From contig JAFABI010000029.1 in assembly GCA_023426125.1 (NCBI GenBank), forward strand, positions 5,701 through 69,700: DNA of 64,000 nt, given 5' to 3'. The notes below the pieces were generated by a model. That model saw only the letters and a list, made by a program, of their open reading frames with translations. It was not told the DNA's origin and searched no databases. The DNA is from Bacillota bacterium (GTDB lineage: Bacteria; Bacillota; Clostridia; Acetivibrionales; DTU013). The stretch's first letter is position 1. Each line of letters begins with the position of its first letter. This document shows, one piece after another, positions 9,564 through 20,700 of the stretch. Made by a program: the position numbers and the translations under genes.

Positions 9564-10681
9564 CAAATACCATGGGCCTGATACTGACAGGCTGGAAAAA
9601 ACATAAGCTGAAAGACCTTTCAACCATCCGGTCAAGCTCGGCGATCCCGGTAGGAGGGAAATACAGAGCAATCGATTTCGTGCTTTCCAACATGGTCAAT
9701 TCCGGAATAACCAATGTGGGAGTAATGACGCAGTACAGCTTCCGCTCCCTGATGGATCACCTTGGCTCGGGCAAGGAATGGGATCTGGACAGAAGATACG
9801 ACGGACTTTTCATCTTTCCGCCTTCTCTGGCAGGAGATGATACGGGATGGTACAAAGGCAGCGCCGACGCCATGTATAACAATCTTTCCTTCCTGAAACG
9901 CAGCAATGAGGATTATGTAGTTATCGCCCAGGGGAATGGGATCTATAAAGTGCTTTTTGACGATATGCTGAATTTCCATATGGAAAGCAATGCGGATATT
10001 ACGTTGGCATACAGAGACATGGGCGACCTGCCCAGGGATGAACTATCCCAGCTGGGAGTGGTGAAAGTTTCGGAGGACCACCGTATCACCGATTTACAGG
10101 AAAAACCGCAAAATCCGGAGACAGTTTTTGGCTCCATGGGAATCTATATTATTAAGCGGGAGCTTTTGATTTCCCTGCTGGAAGAGTGCATTGCCCATGG
10201 AAATTATGATTTTGTAAAGGATATCCTGATCCGGAAGCTGGATAAGCTCGGCATATACGGCTACAAGTTCAACGGCTACTGGAGAGGCTTCTCTACCATA
10301 CAGATGTACTACAGGTGCAATATGGAACTGCTTGACCCTGAAATCAGAAGGCAGCTTTTTATTGAAAACGGGAAAATCTATACCAAGGTAAAGGACGAAG
10401 CTCCTACAAAATACAACGAAGAAGCTGCTGCCGTCAATTCCATTATTGCCGATGGGTGCATCATCGAAGGGACAGTTGAGAACAGTGTACTTTTCCGGGG
10501 TGTGACCGTATGCAAAGGTGCGGTGATCAGAAACAGTATCGTCATGCAGGGCTCTCTGATCGGCGAGAATTCCCAGCTGGATTATGCCATCCTCGACAAG
10601 AACGTTGTGATGTCCAGAGGCAGAAACCTGAAGGGAGAACCCAGCTGGCCCATTGTCATCGGCAAGAATGCGGTTGTCTGA
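9554..10681 (+). CDS. glgD: Glucose-1-phosphate adenylyltransferase regulatory subunit
   Basis: GlgC paralogue lacking the GGxGxRL motif ([35 protein letters not shown]). Translationally coupled to glgC, with an alternative ATG at 9560 forming an ATGA overlap. Confidence 0.9.
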   Translation: MRMTNTMGLILTGWKKHKLKDLSTIRSSSAIPVGGKYRAIDFVLSNMVNSGITNVGVMTQYSFRSLMDHLGSGKEWDLDRRYDGLFIFPPSLAGDDTGWYKGSADAMYNNLSFLKRSNEDYVVIAQGNGIYKVLFDDMLNFHMESNADITLAYRDMGDLPRDELSQLGVVKVSEDHRITDLQEKPQNPETVFGSMGIYIIKRELLISLLEECIAHGNYDFVKDILIRKLDKLGIYGYKFNGYWRGFSTIQMYYRCNMELLDPEIRRQLFIENGKIYTKVKDEAPTKYNEEAAAVNSIIADGCIIEGTVENSVLFRGVTVCKGAVIRNSIVMQGSLIGENSQLDYAILDKNVVMSRGRNLKGEPSWPIVIGKNAVV

Positions 10682-10779
10682 TGTGCCGGCGTTGATATGG
10701 AAAATAATACTGCTGTTGAGCATAAAGTATAACATTGGTATAATGGTATAGAATTTGGTGGGAAAGAAGGAGTGCGGAC

Positions 10780-11163
10780 ATGTTAAGTGAATCCAACTTC
10801 ATTGCTAGAATGTCGGGGAGGAAGGCAGGAAGCTACTATATCGACTATACGGGCGCTTACAAAATCATTGAAATAGCCAAAGTGGCGGGCATGGAGCCCT
10901 CTGCAGTCAAGGAGATCTATCAGAAAAACGGCGGAGTTTATGACGATTCCCAGGATGTGTATTACTTCAATAGCCTTGATGCGGCCAATAAGGTCATTTC
11001 CGAAATCTGCGGCAATGTCCGAATCGACCGGAAAGGCAGGCTGATTTTCCTTACGGAAGCGGAAATCGAGTACTTGAGAAAAGCGCTGATCAATGAAGGA
11101 GGCAACAACATACATATCAGCAGCAAGGTGAAAGACGCCATATTCAAGAAATTGAACGGATAG
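10780..11163 (+). CDS. Hypothetical protein (127 aa)
   Basis: Clean ORF behind a GGAG RBS. No motif recognised. Confidence 0.45.
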   Translation: MLSESNFIARMSGRKAGSYYIDYTGAYKIIEIAKVAGMEPSAVKEIYQKNGGVYDDSQDVYYFNSLDAANKVISEICGNVRIDRKGRLIFLTEAEIEYLRKALINEGGNNIHISSKVKDAIFKKLNG

Positions 11164-11308
11164 ATGCCATCCTGTTGGACCATGTAAAATTATTAAATTT
11201 TATATAATATTCAATATTGTAAATGGACAGGTTTTAATATAATATAGTTTTTATAAATACCACTTTACCAGAATGAAGTGGAAGAAACTACAAGGAGGAT
11301 GAAAAGGA

Positions 11309-12109
11309 ATGAGAATATTAATGAAAAAGAATCTTTTTGCACTGGCTGCTCTGGCAGTTCTTGCCGCATTTGTTTTCACCAGCTGTAACGCAAGCAATTC
11401 CAATGTACTGCGCGTAGGTGTGGATGATAGTTATCCGCCTATGGAGTATAAGGATGCGGATGGAAAAACCACAATAGGCTTCGACGTTGATGTGGCAAAT
11501 GAATTGGCGAAACGACTCGGGAAAACAAAAGTAGAGTTTGTATCAAATGATTGGACCGGTATTTTTGCAGCGCTGGAAACAGATAAGTTCGACGTAATTA
11601 TTTCTTCAGTAAGTATAAATGAAGAAAGGTTGGCAGAGCACTCCCTGACAGATCCGTATATAGCAAATAAGCTTGTTATTGTCACCAACAAGACAAATAC
11701 TGAAATTAAAGCGCCTGAAGATTTGAAAGAAAAGAAAGTCGGAGTTCAGGCAGGTACGACCTCCGAAGATTTTTGTACAGAGCTGATTGAAAAAGGGAAT
11801 ATGGCGGAAGCAAATCTTGGCACCTATCCTTTGGTGACACAGCCCTTCCTTGATCTTGATGCGGGTCGTATTGATGCAATTGTTGTCGATGTAGTGGTTG
11901 CAAAATATTATATAGCTAACAACAAGGATAAATACACTCTTGCATGGGAAAGCCCGGAAGCCGAGCCAATGGCATTCTGCTTCAAGAAGAAGGATACGGA
12001 ATTACGTGACAAGGCCAATGGGATATTAGTTGATATGCAAAATGACGGGACCATGAAAAAGATTTCCGAAAAATGGTTTGGTGAAGATGTTACAGCAAAT
12101 TTGAAGTAG
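11309..12109 (+). CDS. Polar amino-acid ABC transporter substrate-binding lipoprotein (family 3)
   Basis: Lipoprotein signal (LAAFVFTSC). Family-3 SBP hallmarks: VGVDDSYPPMEYKD, GFDVDVANELAKRLG and WTGIFAALETDKFDVIISS. Confidence 0.9.
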   Translation: MRILMKKNLFALAALAVLAAFVFTSCNASNSNVLRVGVDDSYPPMEYKDADGKTTIGFDVDVANELAKRLGKTKVEFVSNDWTGIFAALETDKFDVIISSVSINEERLAEHSLTDPYIANKLVIVTNKTNTEIKAPEDLKEKKVGVQAGTTSEDFCTELIEKGNMAEANLGTYPLVTQPFLDLDAGRIDAIVVDVVVAKYYIANNKDKYTLAWESPEAEPMAFCFKKKDTELRDKANGILVDMQNDGTMKKISEKWFGEDVTANLK

Positions 12110-12209
12110 AAGAAATTGATTTTGTGATATGTCTGATGTGCCGGGCGACCTGGGGTTTCCCGGCACATTGGAAGATAAAGATATAATATAGCAGCAAATA
12201 TATGGGGAG

Positions 12210-12875
12210 TTGTTAAGCTTGGATTTTATCAACAGATTATTGGGTTATATGCCTGCACTACTTGAGGGTGCAATGTTTACTGTTTTACTTACAATAATTT
12301 CTGTATTTTTTGGAGCTATATTAGGCTTATTTTTGGCACTCGGCCGATTGGCAAAAAATCAGATTTTGGATCGAATTTGTTGGTTCTACATTTGGCTTTT
12401 CAGAGGGACACCGCTTTTAATGCAGTTGTTTTTTATTTATTACGCTTTGCCAATGATCTATCCGCCTTTAACCATGGCAAAATTTCCAGCTGCATTAGTA
12501 GCATTAAGTCTTAATTCTGCGGCATACCTTGCAGAAATAATCAGAGCCGCCATACAATCGATAGATAAAGGTCAGATGGAAGCAGCCAAAGCACTTGGTA
12601 TGAGTTATGGACAAGCTATGAAGCGAATTGTAATTCCGCAATCATACAGGCGGTTGATACCTCCTGTCGGCAATGAGCTTATCGCATTGCTTAAAGATTC
12701 TTCACTGGTTGCAATGATTGCTATGACAGAATTAATGAAAGTCACAAATCAAATTTCAACAAGGGAGTCCAATGCGGTGATTTATATTCCTGCCGCGGTA
12801 ATATATCTTTGCTTGACAACTTTGTTTACTTATATCTTTGATAAGCTTGAAAAGAAATATTCCATATATGAATAG
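12210..12875 (+). CDS. Amino-acid ABC transporter permease (His/Glu/Gln/Arg/opine family)
   Basis: EAA-loop region ([21 protein letters not shown]) and five or more TM segments. TTG start behind a GGGGAG RBS. Confidence 0.9.
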   Translation: MLSLDFINRLLGYMPALLEGAMFTVLLTIISVFFGAILGLFLALGRLAKNQILDRICWFYIWLFRGTPLLMQLFFIYYALPMIYPPLTMAKFPAALVALSLNSAAYLAEIIRAAIQSIDKGQMEAAKALGMSYGQAMKRIVIPQSYRRLIPPVGNELIALLKDSSLVAMIAMTELMKVTNQISTRESNAVIYIPAAVIYLCLTTLFTYIFDKLEKKYSIYE

Positions 12876-12891
12876 GGAGGTGCGTCCTGAG

Positions 12892-13647
12892 ATGATGGTA
12901 AAAATGGAAAACGTGTGCAAATCCTTCGGAGCCCTCCAGGTGTTGAAAGGGATAAACTTTGAGGTTGCCAGGGGCGAGGTGGTGTGTATCATCGGACCCA
13001 GCGGTTCAGGAAAAAGCACCCTGCTCAGGTGTCTGAACCATCTTGAAAGGATTACCAGCGGCAGAGTGTTTATCGATGGTGAAATGATTGATGAAAGAGC
13101 TGACGGTAAAGACCAGCTCAAAATATCGCAAAAAAAGATTTCCGAGATTTGTACCGAACTGGGGATGGTGTTCCAGCGGTTCAACCTGTTTCCCCACATG
13201 ACGGCGCTTCAAAACGTCATGGAAGCGCCTGTTACGGTTAAAAAGGTGCCGAAGCAGGAGGCGATGGAATATGCCGTCGGGCTTCTTAAGAAGGTAGGTC
13301 TGGAAGATAAGAAGGACGAATTCCCCTCCAGGCTTTCCGGCGGGCAGCAGCAGAGGGTGGCGATCGCCAGGGCTCTTGCAATGAAGCCCCAGATAATGCT
13401 TTTTGACGAGCCTACTTCAGCCCTTGACCCCGAGCTTGTGGGTGAAGTGCTTGAAGTTATGAAGGATCTTGCCAGAGAGGGTATGACCATGCTGGTGGTT
13501 ACGCATGAGATGGGCTTTGCCCGCGAAGTGGGCAGCAGGGTCATCTTTATGGACAACGGCGAGATCAAGGAAGAAGGCACGCCGGACGCAATATTTACAA
13601 ATCCGAAAAACGAAAGAACCAGGTCGTTCCTGCAAAAAGTGCTGTGA
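12892..13647 (+). CDS. Amino-acid ABC transporter ATP-binding protein
   Basis: Walker [10 protein letters not shown], signature [15 protein letters not shown] and Walker [13 protein letters not shown]. Start trimmed to the ATG at 12892, after the AGGGAGG RBS that follows the permease stop. Confidence 0.95.
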   Translation: MMVKMENVCKSFGALQVLKGINFEVARGEVVCIIGPSGSGKSTLLRCLNHLERITSGRVFIDGEMIDERADGKDQLKISQKKISEICTELGMVFQRFNLFPHMTALQNVMEAPVTVKKVPKQEAMEYAVGLLKKVGLEDKKDEFPSRLSGGQQQRVAIARALAMKPQIMLFDEPTSALDPELVGEVLEVMKDLAREGMTMLVVTHEMGFAREVGSRVIFMDNGEIKEEGTPDAIFTNPKNERTRSFLQKVL

Positions 13648-13696
13648 CCGGCATGGGGACAACTTCGCCTGGCGCAACGGGTACAGGGCGGATAAA

Positions 13697-14590
13697 ATGA
13701 CAAGGAAACTTAAGGCAGATTTGCTGCTTTTGATTATAACAATCGTTTGGGGATTATCTTTTCCATTAATGAAAATTATCCTCGATTTTATGCCGTCGTT
13801 TGCATATCTTTCTTTGCGGTTTCTATTGGCGGCTTTTTTTCTGGCTGTGATTTTTCACAGGAACTTCAGGCATTTCAGCAAAAGAACCCTGCTGTTTGGC
13901 TGCATTATCGGAATTTTTATGTTTGCCGGTATGGCTTTGCAGGTAAATGGACTGTACACCACAAGCGCCTCCAATTCGGGGTTCATTACAGGCCTTAATG
14001 TTGTTATTGTACCTTTGATTTCTGCGGTGCTTTTGAAAAAGAAGCCGGACAGAGCTTCATTTATCGGCATCATTGTTGCATTTGCCGGGTTGTTTTTCCT
14101 TTCCGGCGGTCTAAACATGAATTTCAACCTGGGCGACTTTCTGACGTTCTTATGCTCTATATGCTGGGCTTTTCAGATTATTTTCATCGACAAATTCACT
14201 GCAAGCGAAGATGCGCCATTGTTGGCAATTATCCAGATTGGCTTCACTGGGATTGTAAGCACGGGCGTCTGGATGAGTACCGGTTTTCAACCGTTTGAGT
14301 TCAATTCAACCGTTATCATTGTAATAGCGGTAACCGCAGTGTTGGGGACCGCACTGGCCTTCGGTGGACAGACCATCGCTCAGAAGGACACTTCACCTAC
14401 GCACACGGCTTTGATTTTTACAGCCGAGCCGGTATTTGCAGCCATATTTGCCATGATTATACCCAACATGGCTGGTGAAACCGAAAAGTTGGGCGTAACA
14501 ACAATCATAGGGTGCGTTTTGATTCTAGCCGGTATGCTGGTATCGGAATTTAAACTGGGACAGCGGAGGAAATATGAAACCGCGCTGTAG
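13697..14590 (+). CDS. DMT-superfamily (EamA) transporter
   Basis: Ten predicted TM helices and two EamA-like halves. Start trimmed to the ATG at 13697, because the upstream part of the ORF overlaps the ABC ATPase. Confidence 0.85.
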   Translation: MTRKLKADLLLLIITIVWGLSFPLMKIILDFMPSFAYLSLRFLLAAFFLAVIFHRNFRHFSKRTLLFGCIIGIFMFAGMALQVNGLYTTSASNSGFITGLNVVIVPLISAVLLKKKPDRASFIGIIVAFAGLFFLSGGLNMNFNLGDFLTFLCSICWAFQIIFIDKFTASEDAPLLAIIQIGFTGIVSTGVWMSTGFQPFEFNSTVIIVIAVTAVLGTALAFGGQTIAQKDTSPTHTALIFTAEPVFAAIFAMIIPNMAGETEKLGVTTIIGCVLILAGMLVSEFKLGQRRKYETAL

Positions 14591-14604
14591 GGGCTTTAAA
14601 AAGA

Positions 14605-14632
14605 CATGGACGCGCATCGCCGCGCGTCCATG
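14605..14632. terminator. Perfect 11-bp GC-rich hairpin between convergent genes
   Basis: CATGGACGCGC-atcgcc-GCGCGTCCATG. The GGACGCGC stem is related to hairpin H2 of repeat family A. There is no strong T-run. Confidence 0.45.
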
Positions 14633-14786
14633 CAATTGTTGGGATACCAACCTGTACCGCCTTTAGGCAGCCCAGCTTCATAAGAAGTGGCCCCCGCAGT
14701 TTCAACGAGGCTGGTCGCAGATGCATCCCGGGTGGGAGATATGCTCGCTGTCTGAAAACCAAATCGGTACCCTGCCTATTCAAAAA

Positions 14787-14865
14787 GGGACATTCCTCAT
14801 CCTCAGAGCCCCGCTATTTGCAGAGGTGTGTCCCTTTACCTCAGAGGAGGTGGGGGACATTTGCC
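14787..14865. repeat. Family B GGGACA...TGTCCC repeat, composite copy
   Basis: GGGACATTCCTCATCCTCAGAG (14787-14808), GAGGTGTGTCCC (14823-14834) and CCTCAGAGGAGGTGGGGGACAT (14839-14860). It lies between convergent stop codons. Confidence 0.5.
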
Positions 14866-14871
14866 GCCTCG

Positions 14872-15954
14872 TTATATTGCCAGGTCAATGTGCTGTATTG
14901 TACCTGCGGTGCCGTTTTCCCTTAAATATACGCCTGTTTTTGCAATTTCACCCTGCAGCTGGTTGCTGTTGTTCTTCAGGCTGAATGCGGTGTCCACATT
15001 TCCCAGGTAAATAGCTCCTACACCCACCTGTCCCAGCGCCAGAAGCTTATCTGTACCGTTTTCGTCTTTTGTCCAGATGCGCAGCTTGTCGTAAACCGGA
15101 TCATTTTCATCAATCCAGCCGTTGCTGTCGGAATCGTATTTGGCCAATTCATCAAAGCCGTTGCCGCTTTGGGGTCCAAAAAGCTCCGAGCCGTTATTGA
15201 TAACCGCATCATTGTTGAGATCCAGTGCAAGAAAACCGCTTCCACCCGTGACAAAGGAAATCTGGTCCGCTGTCCCGTCGTTGTCCAGATCAAAGCTGTA
15301 TTTCCGTTCGGTGAGGCCGGGCGCCGAGTTATTCAGGTTTATAACCAACGGGTCTACTGTGACTGCATCTCCCGCCCGCAAGGATATATCGGTGCGGGAA
15401 GCGAATTCCCTGCTCATGTTCAAATTCACCGAAAAGTTAATTTCCCTGCCGTCTGAAGTTTTAACCACGCCCTGAGCAGCAAAGGACATTTGCTGCTTTT
15501 CGTAGCGAGCCTCGTGCAGTTCGTACTCGAGCCCCCACCCCTGTCTTTGCAACGGCTGTGCACGGATAATCTGGACATTACTGTCCTTAAATGTTTTTTC
15601 CAGCTTCGCAGTGTCCGCCAGGATAAACTTGAATTTTTTGCCCGTCAGCGCTTCCAGCATTTTCTGGAGCATCAGGATTTTTCGTTTGTCACTTTCACCG
15701 GGTTCGAAGGAAATACCGGCTTCCTCTTCTGCGGCGCCGGTCTGGAGCTGCCCCTGCTTTTCCAGCCAGGCTTTGCCTTCTTCGGAGAGCTGAAGGGTAT
15801 CTGCAGGAACGTCAAACAGACCGGATTTGTTTTCCTTTCCCTCAAAATCAGGCCTTCTGTCGCCGACCCACGTTTTAAGGGATTCTTCCCTATAGCTCCG
15901 CTCGATCTGAGAGCTGGATGCAGCCATCGCTATGGTTGAACTATCGATTCTCAT
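14872..15954 (-). CDS. Conserved hypothetical protein with EF-hand/dockerin-like Asp-rich calcium-binding loops
   Basis: Loops DLDNDGTADQISF, DLNNDAVINNGSELF and DSDSNGWIDENDPVY in the C-terminal half. No signal peptide. Start trimmed to the ATG at 15954, behind an AAGGAGG RBS. Confidence 0.6.
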   Translation of the reverse strand: MRIDSSTIAMAASSSQIERSYREESLKTWVGDRRPDFEGKENKSGLFDVPADTLQLSEEGKAWLEKQGQLQTGAAEEEAGISFEPGESDKRKILMLQKMLEALTGKKFKFILADTAKLEKTFKDSNVQIIRAQPLQRQGWGLEYELHEARYEKQQMSFAAQGVVKTSDGREINFSVNLNMSREFASRTDISLRAGDAVTVDPLVINLNNSAPGLTERKYSFDLDNDGTADQISFVTGGSGFLALDLNNDAVINNGSELFGPQSGNGFDELAKYDSDSNGWIDENDPVYDKLRIWTKDENGTDKLLALGQVGVGAIYLGNVDTAFSLKNNSNQLQGEIAKTGVYLRENGTAGTIQHIDLAI

Positions 15955-16199
15955 AGGATACGCCTCCTTGCATAGTATGAGATAAAAATGTTTGATCCCG
16001 GCAGACGCCGCCGTCCGTAGCTTAGATCCGCCGTGAGACACACCTCTTTAAAATTGTGCACATCTCAATTTTTATATCGGCTTCCTCAAGATGAAACTTG
16101 ACAGGAAATAACCGATTTAAGACATTTCTTCGAATTTGTTCACATACCGCGGCATTGTGAAATACTGTAGTAACAGAAGAAAAAATGGAGTGACTGCTA

Positions 16200-17612
16200 A
16201 TGCTTATCCATGTAGTCAAGCCGGGGGAAACACTCTGGCAAATCGCCGCTTCTTACCGTGTTCCGGTGAATCGGATGATGGACGTCAATCAGTTGCCGAA
16301 TCCCAATGTGATACTGGTTGGCCAGTCGTTGGTCATACCCACGGAGGACTTCTATTATACCGTAAAGCAAGGCGATACCTTATGGAGGATCGCGCAGGCC
16401 AATGGTACGACTGTTCAAGTTATCCAGCAGGCGAATCAAATCACAGACCCTTCAAGGATTTACCCCGGACAGGTGTTGTATATCCCTGCTGTCAGGCACA
16501 CGGTGGAGAGGGGCCAGACACTCTGGCAGATAGCGCAAAGATATGGTGTTTCCCTGGACAGACTGCTAAAGGTGAACTTTATTGAGAACCCAAATCTTAT
16601 CTATCCGGGTACAGTGCTGGTAATTCCGCGAAAAACCAGACCGGCCATCGAGGTGAACGGGTATATCTATCAACTGGGAGCGGATGCAGTCCCTATCGTT
16701 AACGAGGATGGCAGATATTTAACGTATCTGAGCCCATTTGCATATAGAATCCGGGAGAATGGCGGGCTGCAGGCCATACCGGATGGGCCTGCCGTAAATG
16801 CGGCCCTTGCGAACAATGTCATCCCCATGATGTGCATAACGAACTTTACCGTAACGGAGCTGGGGGAAAATCTGGCGCATATCATCCTTGCAAATCCGGC
16901 GGTTCAAGACAACCTCCTTAGAAACATATCGGGCGTGATGAACGAAAGACGCTACCGGGGGCTCAACATTGATTTTGAGAATGTGCTTCCGGCTGACCGC
17001 GAGCTTTATAACCGGTTTTTGCAGCGTGCGACAGACGCCATGCATTCCCAGGGCTTCTTTATTTCAACGGCGCTGGCTCCAAAAACCAGTGCGCAGCAAA
17101 TGGGGCTGTTATATGAAGCCCATGACTATGCGGCTCATGGAAGAATTGTCGATTTTGTAATTTTGATGACCTATGAATGGGGGTATCGGCGTGGCCCGCC
17201 ACAAGCCATTTCACCATTGAATGAAATCATCCGGGTGCTGAATTACGCCGTTTCGGTCATACCTGCAAATAAGATATTCTTCGGATTCCAATTGTATGCC
17301 CGTGATTGGCTGCTTCCCCACGTCCAGGGACAGGAAGCCGAGACCTTCGACATGCAGGAGGCTGTTGCCCGTGCTGTGGCGCATGGTGTGGCCATCCAAT
17401 ACAATAAAACAAGCGAGTCGCCGTTTTTCCGCTATACCGATGCACAGGGAAGAATGCATGAGGTATGGTTTGAAGACGCGCGCAGCGCCCAGGCAAAATT
17501 CGATGTAGTCAAGGCTTATAATTTAAGAGGCATCAGCTATTGGGCATTGGGCTATCCGTTTCCGCAAAATTGGGTTTTGCTGGATGATAATTTTACCATC
17601 CGGAAGCTTTAA
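16200..17612 (+). CDS. yaaH: Spore cortex-lytic type GH18 with three N-terminal LysM domains (YaaH/SleL-like)
   Basis: Three LysM repeats (VKPGETLWQIA.., VKQGDTLWRIA.., VERGQTLWQIA..) followed by a GH18 domain with GLNIDFE. Confidence 0.85.
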   Translation: MLIHVVKPGETLWQIAASYRVPVNRMMDVNQLPNPNVILVGQSLVIPTEDFYYTVKQGDTLWRIAQANGTTVQVIQQANQITDPSRIYPGQVLYIPAVRHTVERGQTLWQIAQRYGVSLDRLLKVNFIENPNLIYPGTVLVIPRKTRPAIEVNGYIYQLGADAVPIVNEDGRYLTYLSPFAYRIRENGGLQAIPDGPAVNAALANNVIPMMCITNFTVTELGENLAHIILANPAVQDNLLRNISGVMNERRYRGLNIDFENVLPADRELYNRFLQRATDAMHSQGFFISTALAPKTSAQQMGLLYEAHDYAAHGRIVDFVILMTYEWGYRRGPPQAISPLNEIIRVLNYAVSVIPANKIFFGFQLYARDWLLPHVQGQEAETFDMQEAVARAVAHGVAIQYNKTSESPFFRYTDAQGRMHEVWFEDARSAQAKFDVVKAYNLRGISYWALGYPFPQNWVLLDDNFTIRKL

Positions 17613-17637
17613 TAGGGAAGAGCGGGCAAGAGTGTCC

Positions 17638-17692
17638 TATAGGGTCGCGCATTGCGCGTCCGCATATGTGGGGATGGCCGATGGCCATCTCC
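17638..17692. repeat. Family A double-hairpin repeat, minimal copy in inverted orientation
   Basis: TATAGGGTCGCGCATTGCGCGTCCGC (17638-17663) is the reverse complement of H2. GGGGATGGCCGATGGCCATCTCC (17670-17692) is the reverse complement of H1. It sits just after the yaaH stop codon. Confidence 0.55.
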
Positions 17693-17799
17693 ATAAAATT
17701 GTACTGGCATAATTCAATTCTGAAGTTGGCATAATGTAATTTTGCGAAATCGCCGTCCGTATGGTAGAATTTATGTATTATTGAATTAAGGGGTGGCCT

Positions 17800-20700
17800 A
17801 TGAGCCTGAGGCTGATATACGGACGGGCCGGCAGCGGGAAAACGCACTATTGCCTGGAAAGCATAAAAGACAGCCTGAAAAATAAGCAAAACAAAATCCT
17901 TTTGATTGTGCCGGAGCAGTTTTCCCTGCAGGCGGAGCGAAGCTTGAGCAAGGTTGCCGGAAAAGGAGGCATGCTGCGGGCGGAGGTCCTTAGCTTCCGC
18001 CGTATGGCTTACAGGGTTTTCAACGAAGTCGGGGGCATTGCGCGCCGCCACATCAATACTGCAGGAAAAAGCATGATCCTTTTCCGGATTATGGACAGGC
18101 TTAAGGACGAGCTGTGCGTATTTTCGGGAGCCGCAAGGCAAAAGGGCTTTGCCGGCGCCATGTCCAAAATGATTGCCGAATTCAAACGATATGATCTGAC
18201 CCCCGAAATGCTGAAGGAGTCTTTGGACGGACTTAACGAAGCCGGGAGCCTGAAGCACAAGCTGCAGGACCTGAGCCTGATTTACTCCGGCTTTGAAGCT
18301 GCAATTCATCAAAGATACATGGATTCTGACGATGATCTCACAGAGCTGTTTAAAAAGCTGGATAAATCCATACAGTTTGATCATGCCGAAATCTGGATCG
18401 ACGAGTTCTCCGGGTTTACGCCCCAGGAATTCAAGGTGATCCAGAAGCTTCTGGTCAAAGCGGAAAGCGTCAACATATGCCTGTGCACTGACTGCCTTGA
18501 GACCGACCTGGATACAATCCCCGGAATGGTTTTCGTACCTGTAAGGAACACAGCGGACAGGCTTAAACGGCTGGCGCAGCAGGCAAATGTAAAAATTGAC
18601 CTCCCGCTCAGGCTTGGACAAAGCGGCGGCAATAGGCAGGCCACTCCGGGCAGGTTCAGTTCAAACCCTGCACTGGGGCATCTTGAGCGCAGCCTGTTTT
18701 CTTACCCGTACCGCAAATATGCCGACACCACGGAGAGCATTTCCATTTTTGCCGCCGCCAATATGTTTTCAGAAGTGGAGGCCGCAGCCAGGGAAGCGAT
18801 AAAGCTGTGCAGGGAGAGCGGTTTGCGTTACAGGGATATCGCAGTGACCTGCAGGGATCTCGACAATTATGAAAAAGTGATTTCGGTCATATTCAAAGAA
18901 TATGGTATTCCCTGCTTTATTGATAAGAAGAGGGATATTACGGGCCATCCGTTGATTATACTTATCCTTTCCGTATTTGAGATTTTTAAGACCAGCTGGT
19001 CCTATGAAGCGGTTTTCCGTTATATCAAGTCGGGACTGTCCAACATTGACCGTGAGAACTCCGATGTTCTGGAGAACTATGTCCTGGCCTGCGGCATAAA
19101 AGGAAGCAGATGGATACAGGAGCAGGAATGGCCTGTCCGGCTGGAATTCGGCAGAAATAAAAAAGAAAGCGGCAGCTATGAACAGCAGTCCATGGAAGCG
19201 GTCAACAGGGCAAGAATGCAATTGGCCGGTCCCCTGGCGGAATTCCGCCGGAAAACCAGAGGCCGCAGGAATGCAACCGAGATATGCACTGCCCTGTACG
19301 ACCTTTTGTGCGAAATTGAGGCGCCTCAGAGGATAGACGGCCTGATCTGCTATTTCTCAGCCTCCGGAGAGCTGGATAAGGCAAACGAATACAGGCAGGT
19401 ATGGAATATTGCCATGGAGGTGCTTACGCAGATTGTTGAAGTCTCCGGCGATGATCTGATGGGAATCGGCCGGTTCAGCGATATCCTTGCCGCAGGTTTC
19501 GAAGAATATTCCATCGGGCTTATCCCCCCGGCGCTGGACCAGGTGCTGGTGGGGAGTGTCGAAAGGTCCAAGAGCCATGAAATCAAGGCGTTATTCATTC
19601 TCGGGGTAAATGAGGGAGTTTTTCCTGCGGCGGTAAATGAGGAAGGGATACTGACCGACGCAGAGAGAGGAAGGCTGGAAAGCCTGGGGATCCAGTTGGC
19701 GAAGGATTCCAGATACAGGCTGCTGGAGGAAAGATTCCTTGTATATACCTCCCTTGCCACGCCTTCCGGATATTTACGGTTGAGCTTCCCGGCTGCGGAC
19801 AGGGATGGGAGAGCCTTACGGCCGTCAAGGCTGATTTCGGACATAAAAAGGATTTTTCCGGCAATCCGTGAGACAAGCGATATATCCGGCATAAAAACGG
19901 AGGAGGATGAAATCGGGCTTATTGCCGCGCCCGTACCCGCCTTCAACGAGCTTGTGGCCAGCGTCAGAAGACGGTTTGAAGGCTTTGAGACAAGCCCGTT
20001 ATGGCAGGAGGTTTTCCAATGGTTTCAAAACCATGGCGCCTGGCGGGAGCGATGCGGTACAATGCTGGCAGGCCTGGGATATTCCAACCAGCCGGAACGG
20101 ATGAATACCGCCAGAGCGGCAAGTCTGTATGGGAATCCGCTGAATACAAGCATTTCAAGGCTGGAAACCTATGCTTCCTGTCCTTTTTCCTACTATGTCC
20201 GGTATGGTCTGAAAGCGGAGGAGAGAAGCATATTCCGGCTGAATCCTGTGGATGTGGGGACTTTCATGCATAACGTCCTGGATGAGTTTTCACGGCTGGT
20301 GGCCGCAAAGGGAATAAGCTGGCGTACTCTTGAAAAGGATTGGTGCGGCTCGCAGGTTTCGGCCATTATCGACGGGATGCTGGAAAAAACCTCGGGGACG
20401 ATTTTTAACAGCTCCAAACGCTATGTCTATCTTTCCGCACGACTGAAACGGATCGTGACAAGGGCCGTGCTTACAATTTCCGAGCACATGAAGCGCAGCG
20501 GCTTTGAGCCTGTCGGCTATGAGGTGGAATTTTCAGAATACGGACAGTATCCTCCCATCGTTATCCGGCTGCCTTCCGGTGATAGCTTAAGCCTTACAGG
20601 CAGAATTGACAGGATCGACTCCATGACTAACGGAGACGGTACCTACCTTCGGATCATTGATTACAAATCCGGCAGCAAAGCCTTAAAGCTGGCCGATGTA

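Noticed and set aside
13505-13696. Long N-terminal extension of the DMT transporter ORF
   Set aside because: It overlaps the 3' end of the ABC ATPase gene in another frame and encodes Arg/Lys-rich non-membrane sequence. The ATG at 13697 begins the first TM helix.
14721-15010. Two overlapping ORFs (87 and 60 aa) in the DMT / Ca-loop-protein intergenic region
   Set aside because: They are built from the family B repeat arms and the 3' end of the convergent gene. No RBS.
17593-18621. 342-aa ORF on the minus strand
   Set aside because: It is antisense to the 5' part of addB and overlaps the yaaH end. No motifs. Shadow ORF.
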